Below, one piece after another: positions 30,522-40,354 of a stretch of DNA of 64,000 nucleotides. This DNA is from Trueperaceae bacterium. GTDB taxonomy: Bacteria > Deinococcota > Deinococci > Deinococcales > Trueperaceae. Numbering within the stretch: position 1 is the stretch's first letter; each line of letters begins with the position of its first letter. The notes below the pieces were generated by a model. It made no database searches, had not been told where the DNA came from, and worked only from the letters and a program-made list of their open reading frames with translations. Where the stretch lies: positions 288,001 through 352,000 of the forward strand of contig OZ243956.1 of assembly GCA_965214405.1 (NCBI GenBank). The letters are read 5' to 3'. A program made the translations under genes and the position numbers.

Positions 30522-31226
30522 CTACTCGCTCGCCTCGTCCAAAAACTGCTGGAGCTTGTCCGGGTTTACCGTGATGGGCGCGCGGCGGCGGCGCACCGCG
30601 CCGTACTCCAAAAGGCGCGCCAGGCAGTGCGAAACCGTCTCGCGGGTCGCGCCGATCATCTTGGCCAAGTCCTGCTGGGTCAGGGTCAGGTCGATGACCG
30701 TGCCGCGCTCGCCGTCTACGCCAAAGTCTTTGGCAAGGCGCAGGAGAAGATTGGCCAGGCGACCGGGCGCGTCAAACGCGCCGACCTCGGCGAAGCGCGA
30801 TTCGGCCTTCCAGAGGTTTGTCGACATCACCTGGATAAACTTCATGGCGATACGGGGCTGCTGCGCCAAGAGACGCTGAAAGTCGCTCTCGGGCATGACG
30901 ATGAGCGTGGTGTCTAGAACCGCCTCGGCCTGGTTGGGGCGGCGCTCGCTCTCTAAGAGGAGCAATTCGCCGAAGATGTCGTACTGACCCAGGAGGCCCA
31001 AAATCATCTCTTTGCCGTTGGGAAAATACATCGAGATTTTGACCATGCCCTCGCGGATAAAGTAGAGCGCGTCGGCGGGGTCCTCCATGTGGTAGATGAT
31101 TTCACCCGCTTGAAACCTTTTATAGGGTGTGATCCGCGAGAGCTCCTCGAGCTCGCCTTCGGACAAATCCTCGAAAAGTTGCGTGTTCTTGAGGTGAAAA
31201 ACCAAACTTGGATATTCTTGCATCAT
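30522..31226 (-). CDS. Crp/Fnr-family transcriptional regulator
   Basis: cNMP domain FGELLL; HTH LTQQDLAKMIGATRETVS. Confidence 0.93.
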   Translation of the reverse strand: MMQEYPSLVFHLKNTQLFEDLSEGELEELSRITPYKRFQAGEIIYHMEDPADALYFIREGMVKISMYFPNGKEMILGLLGQYDIFGELLLLESERRPNQAEAVLDTTLIVMPESDFQRLLAQQPRIAMKFIQVMSTNLWKAESRFAEVGAFDAPGRLANLLLRLAKDFGVDGERGTVIDLTLTQQDLAKMIGATRETVSHCLARLLEYGAVRRRRAPITVNPDKLQQFLDEASE

Positions 31227-31544
31227 AGATCGTACCCCAAACTGACTGGCGTCGTCCCAAATGGCCTGGCTGAAAGTTTCAGCATGGTTTTGGCGTGGCC
31301 TCTGGCGGATTCGGTCGCATCCCCTAGAGCATCGCACACTCGGCAAGGTGAGAAGAGTGAAATACTTCAAAAGAAGTTCTCATCATGACGTTTGGGGCGG
31401 GAAGAAATGCGGGTGTGGCTTATTTTATGCCTTGCTCAGTTTACACATGCCGCCGGTAAAGGTGTGGGAGAGGAAGGGGCGCGTTGAGGGGTTGTAGGGG
31501 CTCGAGCCTCCCGTCAACTTTCTCAAAAGGGTAAACTGGCATCT

Positions 31545-32696
31545 ATGCCTCACACGCTCAGCGGACGCATCCTTACGCCAAGCGGTTTTGTGGAGGGCGC
31601 GCTCAGCTTTGGCTCTCACATTGAAACGATTGATGGTGAAACGGTTGACGGCGAGAGGGTTCCTGCAGGGCTCGAGCCGCTCACAGACGGCCGCCTCATC
31701 CTCCCCGGCTTTATCGACACGCACGTCCACGGCGGCGGGGGCGGCGACACGGTGGACGGCCCCGAGGGCGTGCGGACGCTCGCGCGTTTTCACGTGCGGC
31801 GCGGCGTGACCACGCTTTATCCGACGACGATTACAGCCCCGTGGGAAAACGTGTTGGCGGCGTTGCGGGGCGTCCGGGAGCTCTTGGGGGAGGGCGGCGC
31901 GGATTTGCCGAGCATTCCGGGCGCGCACCTAGAGGGTCCATTCATCTCTCCTCAAAGGCTGGGGGCGCAGCCGCCTCATACTCTGGAGCCCACCCCGGCA
32001 CGGTTAGATGAGGTGTTGAGCCTTAACGTCGTGCGCCTCGTCACGCTCGCCCCCGAGCTTCCCGGCGCGTTGGCGGCGGCGGCTCGCTTTGCCGCGGCAG
32101 GCGTAAGGGTGAGCGTCGGGCACACGGTGGCGCGGTTCGAGGAAGTGCAGGCCCTCATAGAGGCGGTTCACAAAGAGGGCGGCACGGTCGGCTTTACCCA
32201 CCTCTACAACGCGATGGGCGGAATTTCCGGACGGGAGCCGGGTGTGGTCGGGGCCGCGTTCGCTCATCCCGAAACCTACGCCGAGCTTATTTTCGACACT
32301 CACCACGTTTACCAGGGAAGCTTCCTCGCCGCCCACGCCGCCAAAAGAGGTCGCCTCCACCTCGTCACCGACGCCATCCGCGCGTGCGGACTCGAAGAGG
32401 GCGAGACCGAGCTCGGCGGGCAACGCGTCGTCGTCAAAGGGGGCGCGGCGCGGCTGCCGGACGGCACGCTGGCGGGGAGCGTGCTGACCCTAGACGCGGC
32501 CTTACGTAACGCCGTCGGGGCGGGCGTGAGCCTAGAAGAGGCGAGCCGGATGCTCTCTTGTGTGCCCGCGCGTTACATGGGCTTGAGTGACAGGGGCGTG
32601 CTCGAGCCCAACAAACGCGCCGACCTGGTGGTGCTCAACGGGGCGCTGGAGGTCCAAAGCGTGTTCGTGGCGGGGTGTGAAGTGGTGAGTGGTTAG
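31545..32696 (+). CDS. nagA: N-acetylglucosamine-6-phosphate deacetylase
   Basis: PGFIDTHVHGGGG, HLEGPF, TLAPE, THLYNAM, LAGSVL. Confidence 0.95.
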   Translation: MPHTLSGRILTPSGFVEGALSFGSHIETIDGETVDGERVPAGLEPLTDGRLILPGFIDTHVHGGGGGDTVDGPEGVRTLARFHVRRGVTTLYPTTITAPWENVLAALRGVRELLGEGGADLPSIPGAHLEGPFISPQRLGAQPPHTLEPTPARLDEVLSLNVVRLVTLAPELPGALAAAARFAAAGVRVSVGHTVARFEEVQALIEAVHKEGGTVGFTHLYNAMGGISGREPGVVGAAFAHPETYAELIFDTHHVYQGSFLAAHAAKRGRLHLVTDAIRACGLEEGETELGGQRVVVKGGAARLPDGTLAGSVLTLDAALRNAVGAGVSLEEASRMLSCVPARYMGLSDRGVLEPNKRADLVVLNGALEVQSVFVAGCEVVSG

Positions 32697-33700
32697 TGGC
32701 GAGCGGTGAGTTAAAAGACCTCGTGGGGCTTGGGGTGGATGCGGGGGCCTCGAGCACGCGCTGGCGGCTTGTGGACGGGTTCGGGCGTGTGCTGGGCGAG
32801 GGGCTTGCCGGACCCGTGACCGGGCACCTTTTTGCCGCCGAAGAACGGCAGGAGACGCTGACGCGCTTGCAAGAGATGCTGCGGGAGGTTCGCGCGGTGG
32901 CGCGTCCTCACGCGGTCGTGGCGGGGGTGACGGGGCTTCACGCGGGAACGGAAGTTGCGGAAACGTTAGCAAAGTTTTTTGCAAAGGGGCTCGAGCTCTC
33001 CCCCACACGCGTCGCTATAGACAACGACATGGGTATCGCCTACAGGAGCGCCTTTCGCCCCGGCGAGGGCGTGCTTCTTTACGCGGGCACCGGCAGCGTC
33101 GCCTATCATATCCGCGTGGACGGCTCGCCCCTACGCGCGGGCGGCTACGGCTATCTCGTTGACGACGCGGGCGCGGGCTTTTGGATTGGTCAGGCCGGGC
33201 TCAGGCGCGTGCTGCGCTGGGTGGACGAGACGGGAGGCGCGGTCGACCGTCCCTTGGCCAACGCCATGTATGACGCGCTGGGTAGCCGAAACTGGCCCGA
33301 CATCATGGCGAGCGTTTACGGCGGCGGGCGGGCGGGTTTAGCCGCGCTCGCGCCCGCCGTCGCCAAGGCCGCTCATGAGGAAGACGAGGCCGCTGTAAAG
33401 ATTCTGCAAGACGCGGGGCGGGAGTTGGCGCGGCTCGCGCGGGCGCTGCTCGAGCGGCTTAACCGTACAGAAGACAAAAACAGGGGGGACAGTAAGGAGC
33501 GTAACACCCCCTCCGGGCGTCTACCCGTCGCTTTTGCAGGCGGTATCACCCAGCTCAGCCCGCAGCTCACGGCGGCGCTGCGGACGGCGCTCCCTACCGA
33601 AACGCATTTTGAGATCGTCACCACGCCGCCGGTGCAAACAGCCGCAGAACTCGCGGTAGAAGCGGCAGAATTTGTACTGGTTAACCCCCAAGAAAGTTGA
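32696..33700 (+). CDS. BadF/BadG-type N-acetylglucosamine kinase
   Basis: GVDAGASST, DND, YAGTGS, RAGGYGYLVDDAGAGFWIG. Confidence 0.85.
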   Translation: MASGELKDLVGLGVDAGASSTRWRLVDGFGRVLGEGLAGPVTGHLFAAEERQETLTRLQEMLREVRAVARPHAVVAGVTGLHAGTEVAETLAKFFAKGLELSPTRVAIDNDMGIAYRSAFRPGEGVLLYAGTGSVAYHIRVDGSPLRAGGYGYLVDDAGAGFWIGQAGLRRVLRWVDETGGAVDRPLANAMYDALGSRNWPDIMASVYGGGRAGLAALAPAVAKAAHEEDEAAVKILQDAGRELARLARALLERLNRTEDKNRGDSKERNTPSGRLPVAFAGGITQLSPQLTAALRTALPTETHFEIVTTPPVQTAAELAVEAAEFVLVNPQES

Positions 33701-33713
33701 AGGGGTCGAAAAC

Positions 33714-34154
33714 CTACGGCTGAGCAGCGTGCCCTTTGTCCCGCATAAACGACGCGGGCGGCGCGAAGCGCGGCTCGAGAAGCTCGTAAACGATGCTCCG
33801 CAAGTTTTTGCCCGACAGGGGCTTGATTATCAGCCGGTCGGCTCGAGCCATGTCGGCGCTCGCCAGCGTTTCTTCATCCTGCAATGAGGTAAGAATCATG
33901 ACGGGCACATGCTTGAGACGCGGCACGCGCTTGACCCGGCCACAGACCTCGAGGCCGCTAAAGTGCGGCATGAGCACGTCCAAAATGATGAGGTCGGGTG
34001 TATTTGTTTTGAGATAGGTGAGCGCTTCCCGCCCGTCCTGGACGGCGTCGACATGGTAGCCGTCCGCGGAAAGCACGAGGTCGAGAACGTTGCGCTGCCC
34101 GGCGTTGTCGTCAGCAATGAGAATCGTTGCGCCTGTGTAGATACGGTTAGTCAT
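33714..34154 (-). CDS. Single-domain response regulator
   Basis: ILIADDN, PDLIILDVLMP, ILT, IIKP. Confidence 0.9.
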   Translation of the reverse strand: MTNRIYTGATILIADDNAGQRNVLDLVLSADGYHVDAVQDGREALTYLKTNTPDLIILDVLMPHFSGLEVCGRVKRVPRLKHVPVMILTSLQDEETLASADMARADRLIIKPLSGKNLRSIVYELLEPRFAPPASFMRDKGHAAQP

Positions 34155-34208
34155 AAGCGCAGCGTACGCCGGACACTCTCACAAAATTCTGACACGGACC
34201 CTGTAGCA

Positions 34209-34349
34209 GGTATCCGGTTCGGGGGGAATTCAGCCTTACGCATGACCGTGTAGAGCCCACTTTAAGAGGCGCGACGCGCTGATGGGCTCAGTACCCTGTT
34301 CAGGTCGTACACGTTCATGAAAACCGCCCTATCCTGTGACCGGCGCACC
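34209..34349. ncRNA. Candidate structured non-coding RNA of unknown family
   Basis: Nested long-range stems fill the intergenic gap (see findings). Confidence 0.45.
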
Positions 34350-34351
34350 GT

Positions 34352-35263
34352 TTACCCCCCAAACTTGAACGCTTCTCGCCCCCTCGCGCCGGGCCGCAGA
34401 CGAAAAAGCCGCCCCGCCAGCGGCTGCTCTGCTAACGCCTCGTCGCTCAACCCCACCCTGGCCGAGGTGACAAAAAGTTCGTCCAAGTCCGTCCCGCCAA
34501 AGGCGCAACTCGTGGGCTGCGAGACGGGTAAGGTAAGGGTACGCTCGAGCCTGCCCTCCGGGTCATAGCGCTCCACGCGCCAACCGCCCCAGCGCGCGCT
34601 CCAAAGAAAACCCTCGGCGTCCACGGTGAGGCCGTCGGGCACGCCGTCTTCTTCCGTCACAATAAAGGGACGGCGGTTCTCGACCGCGCCCGTTTGGACG
34701 TCGAAGTCATACGCGTAGATGGTCTTGGCGGTCGAGTCGGTAAAGTACATGGTTTTACCGTCCAAGCTCCAATCCGTACCGTTGGGAATGCCGAAGCCCG
34801 TATCTATCTTATGAACGCTGCCGTCCACATCCAAACGGTAGAGGCTGTTGCTCTCGCCGCCGTAAGAGCCCGCCCAGAAACGCCCGCCGGGGTCCACCGC
34901 GCCATCGTTGAAGCGCGTCTGGGGGAGGTCGACCTCGGGGTCGCCAAGGAACTCGAGCCCCGTCTCACCGGACTCGAGCCCCGCCTCACCCAACCCCTTT
35001 TGAGCGGGCAAGAGCGCGAAACCTCCGTCTGTCGCCAGCACCAGGCCGCCGCTTTCTCTCAAACCTATACAGCCGACTTTGACGGAAAACTTCGCCGTCT
35101 CCTCGCCCGTGGCAGGGTCCCAAAGATACAGGCGGCGCGCGTTGATGTCGGTCCCGAAGAGGCGTCCCTGGGGGTCCCAGAGCGGCCCCTCGCCCAAGTC
35201 GTTTTGCGTTTCCGTTAGCGGTTCAACCGTCGCGTCTTCATGATTTGCGTTTTCGTGGTGCAT
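34352..35263 (-). CDS. SMP-30/gluconolactonase family protein
   Basis: LGEGPLWD, RFNDGAVDPGGRFWAG, PNG, PDGLTVDAEG. Confidence 0.92.
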   Translation of the reverse strand: MHHENANHEDATVEPLTETQNDLGEGPLWDPQGRLFGTDINARRLYLWDPATGEETAKFSVKVGCIGLRESGGLVLATDGGFALLPAQKGLGEAGLESGETGLEFLGDPEVDLPQTRFNDGAVDPGGRFWAGSYGGESNSLYRLDVDGSVHKIDTGFGIPNGTDWSLDGKTMYFTDSTAKTIYAYDFDVQTGAVENRRPFIVTEEDGVPDGLTVDAEGFLWSARWGGWRVERYDPEGRLERTLTLPVSQPTSCAFGGTDLDELFVTSARVGLSDEALAEQPLAGRLFRLRPGARGREAFKFGG

Positions 35264-35354
35264 GATTGTCTCCTCTCGAGGCTCATCCTAAACCTCTCCC
35301 GTCGCCGCGTCTAGCAGCTCATGACACTCCCCCACCTTAGTCCGCGTTAAGGTG

Positions 35355-35387
35355 TGAGGCTGTGAGGTATGAGGCTGTGAGGCGTGA
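35355..35387. repeat. Short tandem repeat (alternating 8/7-bp TGAGG units)
   Basis: TGAGGCTG TGAGGTA TGAGGCTG TGAGGCG TGA. Confidence 0.6.
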
Positions 35388-35412
35388 ATGGTAGCAGCGT
35401 GGTGACAGTCCT

Positions 35413-36660
35413 ATGGTAACGAGCGAACGGGCCAAAAGGTGGGCCAAGGGCGTTTTCTACGGCTGGTGGGTGCTCGGCGGCTGCGCCTTGCTGCAAGTCT
35501 TGACGACCAGCTTTACCCTCCAATCTTTCGGCACCTACATCGCGGTGATGCAAAACGAGTTCGGCTGGAGCAAAACAGCTTTCGCGGCGGCTTTTTCGAT
35601 TCAGCAGGCGGGGGCCGGTCTTTTGGGACCCTTTCAGGGTTGGCTCATCGGGCGCTTCGGGGCCAGAGGCGTCATCCGCGTCGGCATCGTCACTTTCGCC
35701 GTGGCGCTAATGTTGCTCGGTCAGGTGGGTTCGCTCACGACCTTTTACGCCGTGTATGTGCTCATCGCCATTGGCGCGAGTTTAGCGGGTTTTTTGACGC
35801 TCAACACCGTCGCGGCGCAGTGGTTTGAAAAGTGGCGCTCGACCGCGTTCGCGCTCCTGCAAACGGGTATTTCATTAGGCGGTTTTCTGGTGCCGCTGGT
35901 AGCCTGGTCCCTGACCGTCCACGGCTGGCGCGCAACCGCGCTCATCAACGGCATGATTGTCCTCGCGCTCGGCTTGCCGCTCACCTATCTCGTCGGCAAT
36001 AAGCCCGAAGATTACGGGCTTAAACCCGACGGGCGGGAGGACGAGCCAAAGGGTGAGGACGCTGCGGTTAGGCAAGACTTCACGGCCAGGAACGCGCTCA
36101 AAACGAGAGCCTTTTGGTGTATCTCGTTTGGTCACGGTCTGGCGCTGATGGTCGTGTTCGCGGTCCTGACCCACCTCGTGATTCACCTGGAGAGCGACTT
36201 AGACTTCTCGCTCGGGCTCGCCGCGCTAATGGTTACCGTGATGACGACAATGAGCATCGTCGGGCAGCTTCTCGGCGGCCTCTTGGGCGACACCTTTAAC
36301 AAGCGCCTCCTCGCCACGGGCGCGATGTTCGGTCACGCGGGCGGGCTTCTCATGCTCGCCTTTGGCACCACCGTGCCGTGGGTGCTCGCCTTTGCGGTGC
36401 TTCACGGCGTGTCCTGGGGTTTACGCGGCCCCATCATGCAATCTTTGCGCGCCGACTACTTCGGGCGGCGTCACTTTGCGCAAATTTTGGGGTTTTCAAA
36501 CGTGATCGTGACTGTCGGGACCATTACCGGTCCCATCTTGGCGGGCGCGTTCGCGGACCGTTACGGCACCTATACGCCGGGTTTCGTGGTGCTGGCGGGA
36601 TTTGCGCTGTTGGGGTCGGTGTTCTTTTTCTTTGCGACGCCGCCGAAAACAAGAACTTAG
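35413..36660 (+). CDS. MFS transporter
   Basis: About 12 TM segments; GWLIGRFGAR, GLLGDTFNKR, ADYFGRRHF. Confidence 0.9.
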   Translation: MVTSERAKRWAKGVFYGWWVLGGCALLQVLTTSFTLQSFGTYIAVMQNEFGWSKTAFAAAFSIQQAGAGLLGPFQGWLIGRFGARGVIRVGIVTFAVALMLLGQVGSLTTFYAVYVLIAIGASLAGFLTLNTVAAQWFEKWRSTAFALLQTGISLGGFLVPLVAWSLTVHGWRATALINGMIVLALGLPLTYLVGNKPEDYGLKPDGREDEPKGEDAAVRQDFTARNALKTRAFWCISFGHGLALMVVFAVLTHLVIHLESDLDFSLGLAALMVTVMTTMSIVGQLLGGLLGDTFNKRLLATGAMFGHAGGLLMLAFGTTVPWVLAFAVLHGVSWGLRGPIMQSLRADYFGRRHFAQILGFSNVIVTVGTITGPILAGAFADRYGTYTPGFVVLAGFALLGSVFFFFATPPKTRT

Positions 36661-36661
36661 C

Positions 36662-38173
36662 TCACGCTCTCTCGAGCCCCCCCACCCCCCGCCCCGCCGC
36701 CTCACCTGAGATGAGCGCCCGCGCCACCGCTTTCAAAGAAGGGTCCCTAAAGCCAAAGGAGATGAGCGCAGGGCTGGGCACATCCAAGGCGCAGTAGGGA
36801 TTCCAGAGAACGAGGTGAACAAAGCGTTTGGAGATTTGTGTCAGCTCGAGCCCCAACCCCCTCTCCCCCTCTCCCAAACGCGTCCTCGAGGTCGAGACGA
36901 ATAGCGTGATGGGCGCTTTCTCAGCCATTTCTAAGATGCTCGAGCGGCCCTCAGCAAGCGCATTACGGTCATAAGGAGCGCGGGTAGGCGTGAAACCCTG
37001 AGCTGTAAGCTCATCCATAAGCCTCTCTACAGGAGGTTTCATCACGTCGCTCGCCGCGCCGCCCGCGGTGTTTTCGGCCCAGACGACAAGGCAGGGGGAG
37101 GGCTCGAGCGGCCCAAAATCGCCCAGCGCCACGAGCGCGCGGCGCGCGGCCTCGTTAAGAAGCGCCTCGTCGCCCTCTCGCCAAGCGGCGTCGGAGTCGG
37201 GTCGGGCGGGAAAACGTTCTGAAAAGTGGCGGATGCGTTCGAGCGAGCGTGCAGTCTCCTCCGGGTTCAAACGGCCCTCGGCGTGGGCGCGTTCAATTGT
37301 CTTCAGAATCTCCCGGTGTTCGGAGAGCGGGCCGACGTGCAGCGGCATGTCCACCCCCGCGATGAGCGCCCGAACCGCCGCCTCCGCCGGGCCGTAGGTA
37401 TCGGCAATAGCCCGCATGTTGAGCGCGTCGGTGAGGACGAGGCCGTTAAAGCCTGATTTGTCTCGCAAAAGGCCGGTCATGATGGGCCTCGAGAGCGTCG
37501 CGGGCATGTCAGCATCCAAAACCGGGATGAGACCGTGGTAGCTCATCACCGCGGCGACGCCTGCGTGGATGGCGGCACGAAAAGGGACGAGTTCTGTGTG
37601 CTCGAGGCGCTCCAGACTTACCCCCAGGCGCGGCAGCGACGCGTGCGAGTCGGTATCGGTGTCGCCGTGGCCGGGGAAATGTTTGGCGGTCGCGCCGACG
37701 CCCTCCGCCTGTAAGCCCTCCACAAAAGCGCCCACGTGACGCGCCACATGCTCCGGGTCGCTTCCAAACGCTCTGTCGGCGATGACGGGGTTGTTCGGGT
37801 TGTTGTTCACGTCGGCGACGGGGGCGAAGTCGAGGGTGACGCCCACGGCGCGGAGGCCCCTGGCGGTTGCGGCGGCGACGGCTCGAGTTAAATTGGGGTC
37901 GTCCGCCGCCCCCAGCGCCATCGCGCTCGGCGGATAGGGTACATCTCGTACACGCACCACCCCGCCCCCCTCCTGGTCCACCGCGACGATGAGGTCTTCC
38001 CCCAAGAGCGCGCGCAGTTCGGCGGTGTAATCCGCGAGCTGCGCCCGGTCCCGAATGTTACGCGAAAAGAGGCAGACGCCGCCCACGCGGTGCTCGTTCA
38101 AAAAGGCGCGCTCGTCGGGGGTGAGCGTATCGTGTGACAAATCAATCATCAGGAGGCGGTGAAGGTCGGTCAT
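36662..38173 (-). CDS. nagZ: GH3 beta-N-acetylhexosaminidase
   Basis: AVDQEGG, KHFPGHGDTDTDSH (NagZ signature), LTDALNM. Confidence 0.92.
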   Translation of the reverse strand: MTDLHRLLMIDLSHDTLTPDERAFLNEHRVGGVCLFSRNIRDRAQLADYTAELRALLGEDLIVAVDQEGGGVVRVRDVPYPPSAMALGAADDPNLTRAVAAATARGLRAVGVTLDFAPVADVNNNPNNPVIADRAFGSDPEHVARHVGAFVEGLQAEGVGATAKHFPGHGDTDTDSHASLPRLGVSLERLEHTELVPFRAAIHAGVAAVMSYHGLIPVLDADMPATLSRPIMTGLLRDKSGFNGLVLTDALNMRAIADTYGPAEAAVRALIAGVDMPLHVGPLSEHREILKTIERAHAEGRLNPEETARSLERIRHFSERFPARPDSDAAWREGDEALLNEAARRALVALGDFGPLEPSPCLVVWAENTAGGAASDVMKPPVERLMDELTAQGFTPTRAPYDRNALAEGRSSILEMAEKAPITLFVSTSRTRLGEGERGLGLELTQISKRFVHLVLWNPYCALDVPSPALISFGFRDPSLKAVARALISGEAAGRGVGGLERA

Positions 38174-38217
38174 GGTCTTTTATACCCCGCTTTTATAACC
38201 CGTGAGATTCGGGACCC

Positions 38218-39321
38218 CTACCGGCTCTGCACGTCCGCCGCGTCGCGCAGGGCGTCACCCACGAAGTTAATCGCAAGCACCGCGACGACAATCATCACGC
38301 CCGGTAGGAGCAGCCAGGGGTAGAGGCGCAGCGCCTCGAAGTTTTGGGCGTCTTTGAGGAGCAACCCCCACGAAGTCATGGGCTCCTTGATGCCCAAACC
38401 CAAAAACGAGAGCGCGCTCTCGCCCAAGATGTAACCAGGCAGCGCCAGCGTCGCGGCCACGACCAAATAAGAAGTCAAATTGGGCAGCACGTGGCGCAAA
38501 ATCACGCGCCCGTCACCCGCGCCGACCGCCCGCGCCGCGCTCACGTAGTCAACCTCACGAGCCGCCAAAACCTGACCCCGCACCACCCTCGCCAGGCTCG
38601 CCCAGCCGATCAGCGACAACACCGCCACGATGCCCACGTAAACCCAGGTCGAGGGCCAATTCGCGGGGATGGCCGTAGCCAAGGCCAGCAAGATGGGTAG
38701 GCGCGGGAACGACAGCAGCACCTCGATAAGCCGCTGCAACGCGCTGTCAACCAGACCGCCGTAAAACCCGGAAATCCCGCCCACCACGATGCCGATGGCG
38801 AACGAGATGAGGATGCCCACCAGGCCGACGGTCAAGGACACCTGCGAGCCGACCAGCGTCCTCGAGAAGAGGTCGCGCCCGAAGCGGTCGGTGCCCAGCG
38901 GGAAATAGAAGCCGTCACGCACGCCGAAGAGGTGCAGGTTGGTACTGAGGCCAAAAAACGTGTAGGGCTCGCCGCGGACGAAAAAGCGGAGGGGCAGAGG
39001 CTGCGCGCGGTCCTCGGCGTAAACGCGCTGATAGGTGACGGGGTCGCGCTCTTTAGTGAGGGGATAGACAAAGGGCCAGCTTAGCCGCCCCTCGTTAAAA
39101 AAATACACGCGCTGCGGCGGGCTGTAGGCGGCGCTCGAGTGCTGCGTCGTGATGTTGTAGGGGGCCAAAAAGGGCGCAAAGAGCGCGGTGAGGTAGAGGA
39201 CAACGAGCACCACACCGCCGATGACGCCCACTTTAGAACGTCTAAACCGCCGCCAGGCGAGCGTCCAGGGGCTCACCGACACGGGTCTGGCCGCCGTACG
39301 CGCCCGCGCAAGGCTAGCCAT
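38218..39321 (-). CDS. ABC transporter permease (OppC/DppC type)
   Basis: LGTDRFGRD, EAA loop YVSAARAVGA. Confidence 0.92.
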   Translation of the reverse strand: MASLARARTAARPVSVSPWTLAWRRFRRSKVGVIGGVVLVVLYLTALFAPFLAPYNITTQHSSAAYSPPQRVYFFNEGRLSWPFVYPLTKERDPVTYQRVYAEDRAQPLPLRFFVRGEPYTFFGLSTNLHLFGVRDGFYFPLGTDRFGRDLFSRTLVGSQVSLTVGLVGILISFAIGIVVGGISGFYGGLVDSALQRLIEVLLSFPRLPILLALATAIPANWPSTWVYVGIVAVLSLIGWASLARVVRGQVLAAREVDYVSAARAVGAGDGRVILRHVLPNLTSYLVVAATLALPGYILGESALSFLGLGIKEPMTSWGLLLKDAQNFEALRLYPWLLLPGVMIVVAVLAINFVGDALRDAADVQSR

Positions 39322-40285
39322 AGCGGATGCGCGGGTCCGCCCAGGCCAGCGCGAGGTCGGCCAAGAGGTTGCCGACCATGAGGAGGAGGCTCGAGAACAG
39401 GAGCAGCGTCATCGCTACATATTGGTCGCCAGCCAGAAGCGAATCGTAGAGCAGCGGGCCGATGGTGGGCAAATTGAGGACGATGGCGGTGATGATAGTG
39501 CCGTTTAGAAGCTCGGGCAAACTGAGCCCCGCTATTGAAATGAGCGGGTTGATGGCGTTACGCACCGCGTGACGATTCGTCACCACGCCCTCGCGCAGAC
39601 CCTTGGCGCGCGCCGTGCGGACAAAATCGGCGTGGAGCACGTCGAGCAAGTTGGCGCGCATCTGCCGCATCAAAACGGCAATCCCGGCGGTGCCGATGGC
39701 GAGGACCGGAATCCAGAGATGGTTAAGGAGGTCCAAAAACCGCCCCCACGACCAGGGCGCGCCGATGTAGGCGGGCGAAAAGAGCCCGCCGACGTTGGTC
39801 CCGCCCCGCTCGAGCACCCACGCAATCAGCAAGAGCGCCACCAGAAAGTCGGGCACCGCCAGCCCGATGTAGCCCACGAAACTCGCCACCGCGTCGGTTA
39901 GACCGTTGCGGTTGACCGCGGTGTAGATGCCCAGCGGAATCGCCACGAGCCAGGAAAAGAGCATCGTCGTCCCGGCGACGACGAGGGTCCACATGAGGCG
40001 TTCGCCGATGAGGCTCGAGACGGGCCGGTTCGCAAAAAACGAATAGCCAAAGTCGCCCCGCGTCATGATGCCCACCACCCAAAGCCCGTACTGCTCCCAC
40101 ACGGGTTTGTCGAGGCCCAACTGTGCGTTGATACGCGCGACCGTTTCCGCGCTCATCCGAGGGTCTTCCAAATAGCGGTCGGTGAAACTGCCCGGCTGAA
40201 GCTGAATCACGCCGAACGACACCACCGACACGAAAAAAAGCGTCGGGATGATGATGAGGATGCGTCTAATAAGATAGTTCAACAT
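39314..40285 (-). CDS. ABC transporter permease (OppB/DppB type)
   Basis: YLIRRIL, GDFGYS, FVRTARAKGL, HAVRNA. Confidence 0.92.
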   Translation of the reverse strand: MLNYLIRRILIIIPTLFFVSVVSFGVIQLQPGSFTDRYLEDPRMSAETVARINAQLGLDKPVWEQYGLWVVGIMTRGDFGYSFFANRPVSSLIGERLMWTLVVAGTTMLFSWLVAIPLGIYTAVNRNGLTDAVASFVGYIGLAVPDFLVALLLIAWVLERGGTNVGGLFSPAYIGAPWSWGRFLDLLNHLWIPVLAIGTAGIAVLMRQMRANLLDVLHADFVRTARAKGLREGVVTNRHAVRNAINPLISIAGLSLPELLNGTIITAIVLNLPTIGPLLYDSLLAGDQYVAMTLLLFSSLLLMVGNLLADLALAWADPRIRYG

Positions 40286-40354
40286 AGTTCAATAGCCCTC
40301 ATTCAAAGTAGGGGCTCCTAAGAGCCCCCTCATGGTCATAAACCGTCTTACCAA

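Noticed and set aside
34264..34300. AGAGGCGCG as the start of a lysine riboswitch; partial resemblance to IS110 non-coding ends
   Set aside because: Downstream conserved elements are absent, there is no fitting downstream gene and no IS110 recombinase nearby
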